NCBI GenBank assembly: GCA_964509645.1
Contig: CAZDXV010000004.1
Span: 1 to 46,680, forward strand
Source: an uncultured Candidatus Saccharibacteria bacterium
GTDB lineage: Bacteria; Patescibacteriota; Minisyncoccia; Minisyncoccales; GWA2-38-27
DNA: 46,680 nt
Direction: 5' to 3'
Shown here: one piece after another, positions 8,559 through 18,946 of the stretch
Layout: the number at the start of each line of letters is the position of its first letter
How positions within the stretch are numbered: position 1 is the stretch's first letter
Translations under genes and position numbers: made by a program
Notes under the pieces: generated by a model
Seen by the model: only the letters and a program-made list of their open reading frames with translations
Database searches by the model: none
What the model was told of the DNA's origin: nothing

Positions 8559-10025
8559 ATGGCTACAATAGACCAAATAAGAAAAAACAGGATAAAAAAA
8601 GCTAAAGCAGTTAAATCTGCCGGTATTTCAGTTTATCCCTCAGAGGTTAAGAGAACACACAGCGCGAAAAAAGCGTTGGAGGACTTCAGCAAACTGTTTA
8701 AGTCTGGGAAAAAAATAACGCTGGCCGGAAGAATTATTTCTTTAAGGCAGCATGGAGCTTTAACTTTCTCTAATTTAAAAGACGGAGAGGGGAGTATACA
8801 GCTAATGTTCAGAGAAAACAGAATAGGGGAGAAAGGTTATGAGTTTTTTTCAGATAATTTTGATATCGGAGACTTTATAGAAGTTAAGGGCGTTTTAATG
8901 AAGACCAAAAGAGGGGAGAAAACTCTTTTAGTTTCAGATTATAAGATGCTGGCCAAGTCTCTTCTTCCTCTGCCTGAAAAGTGGCACGGCTTGAAGGACG
9001 TTGAAGAAAGATATAGAAAAAGATATTTGGACCTTTTGTTTAACGAGGACATAAAAGAAAAGTTTGAGAAAAGATCTGAAATTATAAAGAAATTAAGAGA
9101 GTTTCTCGACAAAGAAGGATTTACCGAAGTAGAGACCCCCATTTTACAGCCTATTTATGGGGGAGCTGAAGCAGAACCCTTTAAAACCCATTTAAAAGCT
9201 CAAAACATAGATCTTTATTTAAGGATAGCTCCAGAGCTCTATTTAAAAAGACTTCTTGTGGGAGGTTTTGAGAAGGTGTATGAGATAGGAAAGTGTTTTA
9301 GAAATGAAGGAATAGACAAGTCCCACAATCCTGACTTTACAATGCTTGAATTTTATTGGGCTTATGCCAACCACAAAGACATAATGACCTTGACAGAGAA
9401 GATGCTGGGTTATGTCTTAAAGAGCGTATTTGGGAAAAAAGAGATAGAGTATGAAGGAAAGAAGATAAGCTTTAAAACTCCTTGGAAGAGAATTGACTAT
9501 TTTGATCTATTCCACAAAGAAACAGGAATCAACTTAGAAGAGGTTTCCAGGGGTGCTCTTGCTAAAGAAGCTAAAAAACTTAAGGTAAAAATAGAGAAAG
9601 GAGATCAGAAACCTCAAATCGCAGATAAAATATTTAAAGAAACATGCAAGCCTAAAATTGCACAGCCTACCTTTGTTCTTCATTATCCCACAGGATCCTT
9701 TCCTTTATCTAAAACTTATGAGAAAAACGAAAAGAAGCTTGCTTGTTTCCAGCTAATAGTTTCAGGCTGGGAGATTATCAAGGTCTTTACGGAGCTTAAC
9801 GATCCTTTAGAGCAGAAAGAAAGATTTAAAGATCAGGAAAAGTATTTAAAAAAAGGATTGAAAGGAGCTCAGAGAATGGACGAGGGCTTTTTGGAGGCCC
9901 TAGAGTACGGTATGCCTCCTGCTGCGGGGTTTGGCATGGGCGTAGATAGGCTGGCAGCACTGCTAACCGATTCTCACAGTTTAAGGGAGATAATATTGTT
10001 TCCCACAATGAAACCTAAAAAATAA
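8559..10025 (+). CDS. lysS: lysine--tRNA ligase (class II)
   Basis: RYRKRYLDL, LRIAPELYLKRL, FRNEG, YGMPPAAGFGMGVDRL. Confidence 0.95.
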   Translation: MATIDQIRKNRIKKAKAVKSAGISVYPSEVKRTHSAKKALEDFSKLFKSGKKITLAGRIISLRQHGALTFSNLKDGEGSIQLMFRENRIGEKGYEFFSDNFDIGDFIEVKGVLMKTKRGEKTLLVSDYKMLAKSLLPLPEKWHGLKDVEERYRKRYLDLLFNEDIKEKFEKRSEIIKKLREFLDKEGFTEVETPILQPIYGGAEAEPFKTHLKAQNIDLYLRIAPELYLKRLLVGGFEKVYEIGKCFRNEGIDKSHNPDFTMLEFYWAYANHKDIMTLTEKMLGYVLKSVFGKKEIEYEGKKISFKTPWKRIDYFDLFHKETGINLEEVSRGALAKEAKKLKVKIEKGDQKPQIADKIFKETCKPKIAQPTFVLHYPTGSFPLSKTYEKNEKKLACFQLIVSGWEIIKVFTELNDPLEQKERFKDQEKYLKKGLKGAQRMDEGFLEALEYGMPPAAGFGMGVDRLAALLTDSHSLREIILFPTMKPKK

Positions 10026-10027
10026 TT

Positions 10028-11281
10028 ATGTTAGATATATCATATATAAGAGAAAATCCAAAAAAGGTTGAGCAAGGAGCTAAAAATAAAGGCATTAATA
10101 TAGATGTTAAGGAGATTTTGGATATTGATGAAAAAAGAAGAAAAAATCTTGCCCAGCTAGAAAATCTTAGAGCTGAAAAAAATAAAGCCACAAAGGAAAT
10201 ATCCCAAAACAAAGAAAACAAATCAAAGCTTATTTCTGAAATGAAAAAAGTGGACGAGAAAGCAGATAAACTGAAAGAAAAACAGAAAAAGCTGGATAAA
10301 AAATTCACGGAATTAATGTATAAAGTTCCTAACATTCCTTTTAATACAGTTCCTGTGGGAAAAGACGATACAGAAAATGTTGTTTTAAGAAAAGAAGGAG
10401 AAAAAACAAGGTTTGATTTTAAAAACAAAGACTATTTAGAGATAGCAGAAAAACTGGATTTAATCGATGTTAAAAGAGCCGCTAAAGTGGCAGGAAGTAG
10501 GTTTGCTTATTTAAAGAAAGAAGCTGTTTTGTTGGAATTCGCTTTAGTTAATTTAGTATTTGATATGGTAAGAAAAGAAGGTTTTGTCCCTGTTCTTCCT
10601 CCTGTTTTGGTAAAGCCTGAAATGATGTGGGGAATGGGGTATATTGACAGCAAAGAAGATGCAGATGAAACTTATTATCTGGAAAAAGATGATCTTTTTC
10701 TGGTGGCAACTTCTGAGCAGTCAATAGGGCCTATGCACAAAGACGAGGTTTTAGAAAACTTTCCTAAAAGATACGTTGCCTTCTCTACTTGTTTTAGAGA
10801 AGAAGCGGGTTCTTACGGTAAAGACACAAGGGGAATACTGAGAGTCCATCAGTTTGACAAGCTGGAAATGTTCAGTTTTGTTAAACCCGAAGAATCAAAA
10901 AAAGAGCATGAATTTCTTTTATCTCTAGAAGAAAAATTAATGAAGCTTTTGGGCATTCCTTATCAGGTAATAAATATCTGTACGGGAGACTTGGGAAGGC
11001 CGGCAGCTGCCAAATATGATATTGAGGCCTGGATGCCATCGGAAGGAAGGTATAGAGAGACTCACTCTACTTCAAACTGTACAGACTTCCAGTCCAGGAG
11101 GTTGAACATTAAGTACAGAAACCAAAACAATAAGTTAGAGTTTGTTCATACTCTAAATGGCACAGCCCTGGCTATTGGAAGAATTATTATAGCTATATTA
11201 GAGAATTACCAGCAAAAGGATGGAAGCATAAAGGTTCCGGAAGCTTTACATAAATATTTAAATTTTAAAGTTATAAAATAG
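10028..11281 (+). CDS. serS: serine--tRNA ligase
   Basis: N-terminal coiled coil, ATSEQ, CFREEAGSYGKDTRGILRVHQF, SNCTDFQSRRL, HTLNGT. Confidence 0.97.
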   Translation: MLDISYIRENPKKVEQGAKNKGINIDVKEILDIDEKRRKNLAQLENLRAEKNKATKEISQNKENKSKLISEMKKVDEKADKLKEKQKKLDKKFTELMYKVPNIPFNTVPVGKDDTENVVLRKEGEKTRFDFKNKDYLEIAEKLDLIDVKRAAKVAGSRFAYLKKEAVLLEFALVNLVFDMVRKEGFVPVLPPVLVKPEMMWGMGYIDSKEDADETYYLEKDDLFLVATSEQSIGPMHKDEVLENFPKRYVAFSTCFREEAGSYGKDTRGILRVHQFDKLEMFSFVKPEESKKEHEFLLSLEEKLMKLLGIPYQVINICTGDLGRPAAAKYDIEAWMPSEGRYRETHSTSNCTDFQSRRLNIKYRNQNNKLEFVHTLNGTALAIGRIIIAILENYQQKDGSIKVPEALHKYLNFKVIK

Positions 11282-11404
11282 ATGCAGGTTATACTAGCCA
11301 TTATAGTTGTAATTGTAATTGTTTTAGGTCTTAATTGGGTTGTAACTAATGATACTTCTTCGGGGCCGGTTCTTGATGCTTCTTATTCTGCCCAGTTAAA
11401 ATAA
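11282..11404 (+). CDS. small single-pass membrane protein (40 aa), not in ORF track
   Basis: MQVILAIIVVIVIVLGLNWVVTNDTSSGPVLDASYSAQLK; fills the gap between serS stop and next ATG. Confidence 0.6.
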   Translation: MQVILAIIVVIVIVLGLNWVVTNDTSSGPVLDASYSAQLK

Positions 11405-11405
11405 C

Positions 11406-12176
11406 ATGGAAGAAAAGATAAGAATTAAAGATACAGAATCTAACTGCAGAATAATAGGGGAGGGAAAACCTCTTTTAATTTTGCACGGTTGGGGACTGGG
11501 GTCGTCCAACTCCTGGATAAAGATTCAGAAAATTCTTTCTCTTCAGGGCTTTAAAGTAATAGCTCCTGACTTTCCGGGCTTTGGAAATAGTTGTAAGCCT
11601 CCCTATCCCTGGAATGTTTCAGATTATGCTGACTGGTTGAAAGAGCTTATATCCCATTATAATCTTGGTAATTTTTCCCTGATAGCTCATTCTTTCGGCG
11701 GGCGGGTTGTTATAAAGTATATTGCAGAAAATGAAGAAAAAATAAACAAGCTCGTTCTTTGTTCTCCTGCCGGAGTAGAACCCAAAAAAACAATTGAAGC
11801 TAAATTAGCTTTTTGGACAAGCAGGATAGGAAATATTATTTTTAATATCAAGTATTTAAGGAAATTCAAAGAAACAGTAAGGGCTGTATTTTACCTTTTG
11901 TTAAGAAAAACAGATTATGTAAAAGCCCAAGGAATAATGAAAGAAACTATTAAAAAGGTTTTAGCAGAAGATCTTACCCCTCTTCTTCTAGAGATAAAAT
12001 CAGAAACTCTTCTTGTTTGGGGAGAAAAAGACAGGATAGTACCCCTAAAATATGCTGACATTTTTAAAAAAGAAATTCCAAACTCCCGCTTGATAACTAT
12101 TCCTAAAGCAGCCCATAGTCCTCATATTGAAAACCCAGAAAAGCTTTTAGAAGTATTAATATCTTTCTTAAAATAA
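11406..12176 (+). CDS. alpha/beta fold hydrolase
   Basis: LHGWG, DFPGFG, AHSFGG nucleophile elbow, WGEKD, AHSPH. Confidence 0.9.
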   Translation: MEEKIRIKDTESNCRIIGEGKPLLILHGWGLGSSNSWIKIQKILSLQGFKVIAPDFPGFGNSCKPPYPWNVSDYADWLKELISHYNLGNFSLIAHSFGGRVVIKYIAENEEKINKLVLCSPAGVEPKKTIEAKLAFWTSRIGNIIFNIKYLRKFKETVRAVFYLLLRKTDYVKAQGIMKETIKKVLAEDLTPLLLEIKSETLLVWGEKDRIVPLKYADIFKKEIPNSRLITIPKAAHSPHIENPEKLLEVLISFLK

Positions 12177-12178
12177 CC

Positions 12179-13798
12179 ATGTCTTTTATCTTATCTCTAT
12201 TATGGCTTTTAAGAACTACCAAATCAGCTCTTTTTTTCTTTTATCTTTGGCAGCTGAAAGAATATCAGGTGAAAAGGTTTCTGGATCATTTCAGGACTCA
12301 TAAGGGGAAAAGCATATTTTTTAACAGCCTTTTTTTCTTTAAGATTTTTCTTGCCTTATTTTTCTTGTTTTTTTTCTTTGCGAGAAATTCCTTTCAGGGA
12401 AGCGTCTTTCCGACCTTTTATTTCATCTTCTCTTTAATTTTAATTTTAATTTATTTGGCAGAATCTTTTCGCCTTTTAAAAAGAAACTTTAAAAGGCCTG
12501 TTTTTACCAAAAAAATCTCTGTAATAGTTTTTGCCGGAGTTGCTTTGGAAACAGTCTTTCTTTTCTTGATATCTTCTGAGTTTTTTGTTCTTTATCTTCT
12601 TCTTTTTGATATTTTTTCCTTTTTAATATTTTCTTTGGTGGTTCTCTTCTTTCAGCCCTTGTCTGTCTTAATTAAGCTTTGGACGATAAAAAAAGCAAAA
12701 GAAAAGATAAGAAAGCAAAAAGACCTTTTAGTAATAGGAATAACCGGAAGCTATGGTAAAAGCTCTACTAAAGAGTTTTTATCAGATATTCTTTCTGAAA
12801 AATACAGAGTTTTAAAAACCAAAGAAAATCAGAACAGTGAAATAGGAATATCCAGGCGTATTCTTGAAGAATTAAAGCCGGAACACGATATTTTTGTAGT
12901 TGAAATGGGAACTTACGGAAAAGGGGGCATAAAGCTTTTAACTGATATCGCCAAGCCTAAAATAGGGATTTTGGCCGGCATCAATGAACAGCACCTAGCT
13001 TTATTTGGATCTCAGGGAACCATAATCAAAACAAAATACGAGCTGATAGAAAGCCTTCCTCAAGATGGAGTGGCAATTTTTAATGGAAATAATAAGTACT
13101 GCACCGAACTTTACAAGACAACAGCTAAGAAAAAAAGAATATTTTCAGATTCCAAACTTTCTCCCGTGTCTGACATTAAGCCTGATCTCTGGGCGGAAAA
13201 CATTAAAGTAGAAAAGAAGTCGATTTCTTTTGATATTTTGACAAAAGAAGGAGAAAAAGAGAGTTTTGAGATAAAAGCTATAGGAAAGCAAGTTGTTTCC
13301 AATATTTTAGCTTCTGTTGCAGCAGCAAAAGAGCTGGGGATGAGCTTAAAGGAGATTTCTGTCTCTTCTTCTAAAATAGAAAGTAAAAAAAGAATGACAA
13401 AGCTTTTAAAGGGAAGAGAGGGGGTTAATGTAATAGACTCTTCCTATTCTTCCAATCCGGATGGAGTTTTAGCAGATCTTGACTATTTGAGTCTTTGGGA
13501 AAGCAAAAAGCTTGTTGTTATGCCTTGCTTAATAGAACTGGGGAAAATGTCAAAGGAAGTCCATCAAAGAATAGGAAAGAAAATAGGGGAGGTTTGCGAT
13601 TTGGCTGTTATTACTGCCAAAGAGCGTTTTGAAGATATTAAGAGAGAAGCTCTAAAAGAAGGAATGAAAGAGAATCAGATATTCTTTATTGAAAATCCAG
13701 AAGAGATAAATAATTTTATAGAGTCCTCTTTAATCTCAGGAGATATTATTCTTTTAGAAGGAAGAGTTCCTAAAGAGGTAAAAGAGTTTTTGAAATAA
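12179..13798 (+). CDS. murF: MurF-like Mur ligase with N-terminal transmembrane region
   Basis: GITGSYGKSSTKE, VVEMG, EQHL, IDSSYSSNP, ELG; about 160 aa hydrophobic N-terminus. Confidence 0.75.
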   Translation: MSFILSLLWLLRTTKSALFFFYLWQLKEYQVKRFLDHFRTHKGKSIFFNSLFFFKIFLALFFLFFFFARNSFQGSVFPTFYFIFSLILILIYLAESFRLLKRNFKRPVFTKKISVIVFAGVALETVFLFLISSEFFVLYLLLFDIFSFLIFSLVVLFFQPLSVLIKLWTIKKAKEKIRKQKDLLVIGITGSYGKSSTKEFLSDILSEKYRVLKTKENQNSEIGISRRILEELKPEHDIFVVEMGTYGKGGIKLLTDIAKPKIGILAGINEQHLALFGSQGTIIKTKYELIESLPQDGVAIFNGNNKYCTELYKTTAKKKRIFSDSKLSPVSDIKPDLWAENIKVEKKSISFDILTKEGEKESFEIKAIGKQVVSNILASVAAAKELGMSLKEISVSSSKIESKKRMTKLLKGREGVNVIDSSYSSNPDGVLADLDYLSLWESKKLVVMPCLIELGKMSKEVHQRIGKKIGEVCDLAVITAKERFEDIKREALKEGMKENQIFFIENPEEINNFIESSLISGDIILLEGRVPKEVKEFLK

Positions 13799-13851
13799 GA
13801 ATCTTTTGTTTTCCACCTCAGTTGTTATGTCAACAAAAAATTAAAGATAAA

Positions 13852-15075
13852 ATGCTAAAACCTATTACTATATCCCTTTCTCCTAATACAGAAAAAGACG
13901 ATATATCCCTAGCTTTTAAGCTGATTTTTAATCCTTTTAATTGGAAAAAAGGAATAGCTTCCAGGGCCCTAGAAGAGGAGTTTAAGGGGTTTTTAGGCGT
14001 TAACCATGTGTTTGCCTTTAATAGCGGAAGAACTTCTTTAATGGCTATTTTGGGGGGTTTAGAGGTTAAAGGAGAAGTACTTTTGCAGGCATTTACTTGT
14101 AATGCTGCGGCAAATCCTGTTCAATGGTCCAGATTGAAGCCTGTTTTTGTAGATTGTAATGAAAACGATTTTAATATGAATCCGGAGGATTTAGAAAGGA
14201 AAATAAGTTCTGAGAGCAGAATAGTAATGGTTCAGCATACTTTTGGATTGCCAGCTGACATAGAAAAGATAAAGAGAATAGCTAAAGAAAAAAATCTTGT
14301 TTTAATAGAAGACTGCGCTCATTCTTTGGGGGCAGAATACAAGGGAGAAAAAGTTGGAACCTTCGGCAAAGCTTCTTTTTTCAGCTTTTCTCGAGACAAA
14401 GTTATTTCTTCTGTTTACGGAGGAATTGTTGCTACAAACGATGACGAGCTAGCTAAGAAGATAAGGAACTTCCAAAAAGAAACTGATTCTCCTTCTTCTT
14501 GGTGGATTTTCCAGCAGCTGCTTCACCCGATTTTAATGAATTGTTTTATTCTTCCTACCTATTCTTTTTGCGGAAAATACTTTTTAGTTCTTTTCCAATG
14601 GTTGAAAATTCTTTCTAAAGCTGTTCACTGGAAAGAAAAAAAAGGAAAAATCCCTTCCTATTTTCCCAAAAGAATGCCCAACGCTTTGGCTCTTTTAGCT
14701 TTAAACCAAATGAAAAAGTTGGATAGGTTTAACTGCCACAGAAAAAAAATATCTAGCTTTTACTATAAAAAAATCGGCTCCTTTGAACTCCCGGTCTCTT
14801 TTCCGGAAAGAGAGAATATATTTTTAAGATTCAGCGTTAAAAGCCAAAAAGCCCATAAGATTATAAGGAGGGCCTGGGATAAAAATATTCTGATAGGGGA
14901 TTGGTACACCTCTCCCGTAGCTCCGGACGATACCCAATTAGAAAAAGTAGGGTATAAAAAGGGTTCTTGCCCTGAAGCTGAAAGGCTTTCAAAAATTACA
15001 TTTAACCTTCCCACTCATATTAGTATTAGAGAAAAAGAAGCTGGAAAAATTGTTGATTTTTTAAAAAAGTTTTAA
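13852..15075 (+). CDS. DegT/DnrJ/EryC1/StrS family PLP-dependent aminotransferase
   Basis: FNSGRTSL, QHTFG, IEDCAHSLG, SFSRDK (PLP Lys); start moved to ATG 13852. Confidence 0.85.
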   Translation: MLKPITISLSPNTEKDDISLAFKLIFNPFNWKKGIASRALEEEFKGFLGVNHVFAFNSGRTSLMAILGGLEVKGEVLLQAFTCNAAANPVQWSRLKPVFVDCNENDFNMNPEDLERKISSESRIVMVQHTFGLPADIEKIKRIAKEKNLVLIEDCAHSLGAEYKGEKVGTFGKASFFSFSRDKVISSVYGGIVATNDDELAKKIRNFQKETDSPSSWWIFQQLLHPILMNCFILPTYSFCGKYFLVLFQWLKILSKAVHWKEKKGKIPSYFPKRMPNALALLALNQMKKLDRFNCHRKKISSFYYKKIGSFELPVSFPERENIFLRFSVKSQKAHKIIRRAWDKNILIGDWYTSPVAPDDTQLEKVGYKKGSCPEAERLSKITFNLPTHISIREKEAGKIVDFLKKF

Positions 15076-15084
15076 GATAAAAAT

Positions 15085-15315
15085 ATGAACAAAAGAAACG
15101 TACATGGAAAATATGTGATCTACGAGGACGACGCAAAAGAAGGCTTGAAACATCTTCTTTATGATCTTCAAAAAGACGAGACAGAACCTCTCTTTTATAC
15201 TGCCAGAAAAAAGGGGGAGGCCAAGTTTGAAGATGACATGGATAGAGATTGGACTTTGGAGTATAATCGGGGAGACTTTACATATACTCTAATAAGAAGA
15301 AAGAGCGAATATTAG
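15085..15315 (+). CDS. hypothetical protein (76 aa)
   Basis: clean ORF inside the operon with host-like codon usage. Confidence 0.7.
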   Translation: MNKRNVHGKYVIYEDDAKEGLKHLLYDLQKDETEPLFYTARKKGEAKFEDDMDRDWTLEYNRGDFTYTLIRRKSEY

Positions 15316-15360
15316 CGCTTTTCTTTAAGAAAGGGCTGTTTTTTGTTAAAATTAACGATT

Positions 15361-16395
15361 GTGATTAAAGAAATAACAGACAAAAATATTTGGGAAAATT
15401 TCCTCAAAGAAAGAGAGGAAAAAACCTTTTTAAATTCTTGGAATTGGGGAGAATTTCAGAAAAAAGAAGGCTGTAAGATCTGGAGGTGGGGATTTTACAA
15501 TGAAGACAAGCTTATAGCTTTAGCTTTAGTTTTAAAAATTAAAGCTAGGAGAGGAACTTTTCTTTTTGTTCCCCATGGTCCCGTTGTAAAAGAAGAAAAA
15601 GAAAAGGTTCTAAGAGAGCTTTTAGAAAAGGGGAAAGAAACAGCTAAAAAGGAAAAAGCTGTTTTTTTAAGGGTAGCTCCGATAGCAAAGAGGACAGATG
15701 AGAACAAAAATCTTTTCAGCAGCCTGGGTTTTAGAGAAGCTCCTCTTCATATGCATCCTGAAGTAAGCTGGGAGCTGGACATTACAAAGTCGGAAGAGGA
15801 TCTTTTAATGGACATGAGAAAGACAACCCGTTATTTAATAAGAAAGGCCGGCAAGGAAAATGATATAGAAGCAGTTCAGACTCAGAACTTGCAAGATCTA
15901 GAAGCTTTTGACAAGGTTTATCAAAAAACAGCAGAACGTCATGACTTTGTTCCCTTTTCTTTAAGGTTTTTAAAAAATCAATTCTTGGTTTTTAAAGAGG
16001 ATGATCAAATAGCGATTTTTCTTGGGAAATACAAGGGGGAAGTTGTAGCCTCTTCTGTGGTAGTTTTTTGGCAGGATAGAGCTTTTTACCATCACGGCGC
16101 CTCTTTGCAAAAATACAGAAAAGTTCCTGTTTCTTATCTTCTCCAGTGGGAAGCTATTAAAGAAGCGAAGAGAAGGGGCTGTAAAAAATATAATTTCTGG
16201 GGAATAGCTCCCGAGATAAGAGAAAAAGAAGATCTTAAAAAATCAAACCATCCCTGGGCGGGCCTTACTCTTTTTAAGATGGGGTTTTCAGGTCGCAGAA
16301 AAGAATATGTTAAAACTCAGGACTTTCCCTTTTCTGGAAAATACATTATTAATTATTTTATTGAATCTTTGAGAAAGAGAAGAAGAGGGTATTAA
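15361..16395 (+). CDS. FemABX-family lipid II aminoacyltransferase (peptidoglycan bridge formation)
   Basis: FLNSWNWGEF, PHGP, MRKTTRYLIRKA, YLLQWEAIKEAK, YNFWG, FKMGF; GTG start at 15361 likely. Confidence 0.9.
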   Translation: MIKEITDKNIWENFLKEREEKTFLNSWNWGEFQKKEGCKIWRWGFYNEDKLIALALVLKIKARRGTFLFVPHGPVVKEEKEKVLRELLEKGKETAKKEKAVFLRVAPIAKRTDENKNLFSSLGFREAPLHMHPEVSWELDITKSEEDLLMDMRKTTRYLIRKAGKENDIEAVQTQNLQDLEAFDKVYQKTAERHDFVPFSLRFLKNQFLVFKEDDQIAIFLGKYKGEVVASSVVVFWQDRAFYHHGASLQKYRKVPVSYLLQWEAIKEAKRRGCKKYNFWGIAPEIREKEDLKKSNHPWAGLTLFKMGFSGRRKEYVKTQDFPFSGKYIINYFIESLRKRRRGY

Positions 16396-16396
16396 A

Positions 16397-17206
16397 ATGG
16401 CCAAAAAAAAATACAAGAAGAGATACAAGGTTAAAAAAAAGAAATCAATTTTAAAATCTCGTCTGTTTCAGCTTCTGTTGTTAATCTTTGTTATTTTCTC
16501 TTTAATTTCTTACTTTTTATTCTTTTCCTCATTTTTTCAAATAAAAGAAATAAAGGTTTCGGGTAATAAAGAGGTTTCGGCAGAAAAACTGGAAAAGATA
16601 ATCGAATCTAACACCAAAAAGAAAATACTCTTCTGGGAGAATAGGAGTATTTTTTTGGTAAGACTTGGAAAAATAAACAGCTTGATTAAAAAAACCTTTC
16701 CCAGGATAGAAAAAATATCCTCTAAAAGGGATTTTCCTGACGTTATAACTTCGAAAATAGAAGAAAGGAATCCGGTAGCTGATTTTTGCTATCAAGAAAA
16801 ATGTTTCTATGTCGATAGCAAGGGGATAGCTTTTTCTAAAACGGAAGAAAGAGGCGATATTAGGATAAAAAGCTCAGAATTCAAAGAAAATATTTCTTTA
16901 GGAAAATCTGCGATAGAAAAGAAGCATCTTGAATCGATAATTTTAATTGAGCAAGAATTAAAAAGAATAGAATTAGATCCTGAAGAATACATTATTGAAG
17001 ACAAAAAACTTACAGTTAAACTGGGAAATTGGGACTCGTATTTTACTTTGGAAGAGAGTACAGAAAACCAGCTTTTTAATTTAAAGCTGGTTTTACAAGA
17101 AAAAATCGCTATAGAGAACAGAAAAAATTTGGACTATATTGACTTAAGATTCGGAAACAGGGTTTTTGTCTCTCCTCCTTTAGTCGATATAGTAGACGAA
17201 AATTGA
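16397..17206 (+). CDS. ftsQ: cell division protein FtsQ/DivIB
   Basis: basic N-terminus, TM helix, POTRA (IKVSGN...FPD..IEER), C-terminal YIDLRFGNRVF. Confidence 0.85.
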   Translation: MAKKKYKKRYKVKKKKSILKSRLFQLLLLIFVIFSLISYFLFFSSFFQIKEIKVSGNKEVSAEKLEKIIESNTKKKILFWENRSIFLVRLGKINSLIKKTFPRIEKISSKRDFPDVITSKIEERNPVADFCYQEKCFYVDSKGIAFSKTEERGDIRIKSSEFKENISLGKSAIEKKHLESIILIEQELKRIELDPEEYIIEDKKLTVKLGNWDSYFTLEESTENQLFNLKLVLQEKIAIENRKNLDYIDLRFGNRVFVSPPLVDIVDEN

Positions 17207-18943
17207 ATATCCTATTCTCTTTGCTAAGGTCTCATTATCAAGCCATCTGTAAAAATCTGTATCAGATTTAAAAGTAGGAGCGGGTTTTCCTCTTCCTGAT
17301 TGAAGAAAGGTGGCAGAAACAGCTAAATAATTTCCTTTTGGAAACTCTTCAGGATCTGATGTCCCGTTCCAGGGTTTGTATTTGTCTCCCAAATGATACT
17401 CTAGATCACTTCCTCCAAAGTAATCGACATATATTTTGTCGATGTTTTCTTTTTCTGTCCATTGCTTAAGCCTTTTTAAGTCCTGTCCCCAGTCAAGATT
17501 AGAGTCAACCACGTATTTGTGTCCCTCAGAGGGTCCGCCTATTGTTTCGTTGAAATAAGCTAGAAAGTGGGGATAGACAGATACAACGCTATAGGCCTGC
17601 CACAAAACAAGCCAGATAATAAAGGCGGTTTTTAGTTTCTTTCGAGGTTCCTTGAGCCACATGCTGGTTACTCCTCCTACCAAAACCATAACAAAAGGCA
17701 GGGTGGGGAGGAGGTGCCTTACTCCGATGTTTAGATTGGAGCTTAGGCTGCTAGCCCAGTAGATTGCGATAAAACCCAGCATAGCAAACTCTGGCAAATG
17801 ATATTTAATCCATTCGGAAACTCTTGCCGGAATATTGTTCTGCCAAGGTCTTTTAATGCGGCAAACAGCATAGAACAAAGATATTACAGTTAAAAGGTGA
17901 AAAACCAAAGTTTCTTTTAGGAAGTAAACAGCAGGAAAGTATGTTTTCCAGCCAACAAAAGAAACCTCTCCTAAAAAGTATCCTGTGTTCCCACCAGAAG
18001 CTCTTTGGAGGACCATAAATATACCCAAGATATATTGGCCCAAACCCTTTAATATGGGCTTGTCGGCCATCCAAACAACAGCGTTAGCTAACGGTCTGCT
18101 TCCAAAAGAAGCCAGTATATTTTCTGTGTCAGAGACCTGTTTTTCCGGGGGATAGTTCCAAGTATGAAAGACATATACTGCCCAAATTAAAGCTAGAGCT
18201 ATTAATCCCACCAAGACCGTTAAAACAAAGTATCTACCCAAATTTTCAACAAAATCTTTTTTATTTGAAGCTTTTACTATAGCCCAAACAATAAACAAAA
18301 AGATAAAAAGAGGGAAAAGGAGTATAAGAGAGAATTTAAGCAGCTGAGCTATGCCAAAAGCTATTCCGGCATAAATAATATATTTCTTGACAGGTTTTTT
18401 TAAGAACTTAACAAAATAATAGGTTGCTATAAAAGCTCCTAGAGCCGCAGCTAGGTCAGTTGTTACCAACCTTCCGTGTGCCAGAAAAGTAGGGGAGAAA
18501 GAATAAAGGAAAAGAGCTATCAGGCCTGCTTTATTTCCGAATATTTCCCTTGTCCATAAAAAGACATAAAATCCAAGAATTAAAAGAAGAAAAATCATAG
18601 GTATTCTTCCCCAAAAAATCATTTTTTCTGCCGGATTTTGGCTTTTAAACAGAAACCTGTTTCCAAAATCCCATTGCCCGTTTATATCTTCTTCCCAGGA
18701 CTGGGCTTTGTAAGGAAAATTTATGTCTTTTATAAAAAGGAGGGGAACAGCCGATAAATCTTTTACAAGAGGAGGATGTTCCGGGTTTATTCTCATGTCT
18801 TGCTGGGTAAGATAACTGTAGCCCGCCGGAAGATGAGCTTGTTCGTCCATTGTTAAAGAGTCGTTTCTTATGCTTAAAACGCATATTGACGCAGCGAATA
18901 TTAAGAGTAGAGCTACTATGATATATGTTCTTTTGTTTGGCAT
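17180..18943 (-). CDS. GT39/ArnT-PMT-like membrane glycosyltransferase
   Basis: TMDEQAH, NPEHPPLVK, HGRLVTTD, DSNLDWGQD; many TM helices. Confidence 0.85.
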   Translation of the reverse strand: MPNKRTYIIVALLLIFAASICVLSIRNDSLTMDEQAHLPAGYSYLTQQDMRINPEHPPLVKDLSAVPLLFIKDINFPYKAQSWEEDINGQWDFGNRFLFKSQNPAEKMIFWGRIPMIFLLLILGFYVFLWTREIFGNKAGLIALFLYSFSPTFLAHGRLVTTDLAAALGAFIATYYFVKFLKKPVKKYIIYAGIAFGIAQLLKFSLILLFPLFIFLFIVWAIVKASNKKDFVENLGRYFVLTVLVGLIALALIWAVYVFHTWNYPPEKQVSDTENILASFGSRPLANAVVWMADKPILKGLGQYILGIFMVLQRASGGNTGYFLGEVSFVGWKTYFPAVYFLKETLVFHLLTVISLFYAVCRIKRPWQNNIPARVSEWIKYHLPEFAMLGFIAIYWASSLSSNLNIGVRHLLPTLPFVMVLVGGVTSMWLKEPRKKLKTAFIIWLVLWQAYSVVSVYPHFLAYFNETIGGPSEGHKYVVDSNLDWGQDLKRLKQWTEKENIDKIYVDYFGGSDLEYHLGDKYKPWNGTSDPEEFPKGNYLAVSATFLQSGRGKPAPTFKSDTDFYRWLDNETLAKRIGYSIFVYYID

Positions 18944-18946
18944 AAT

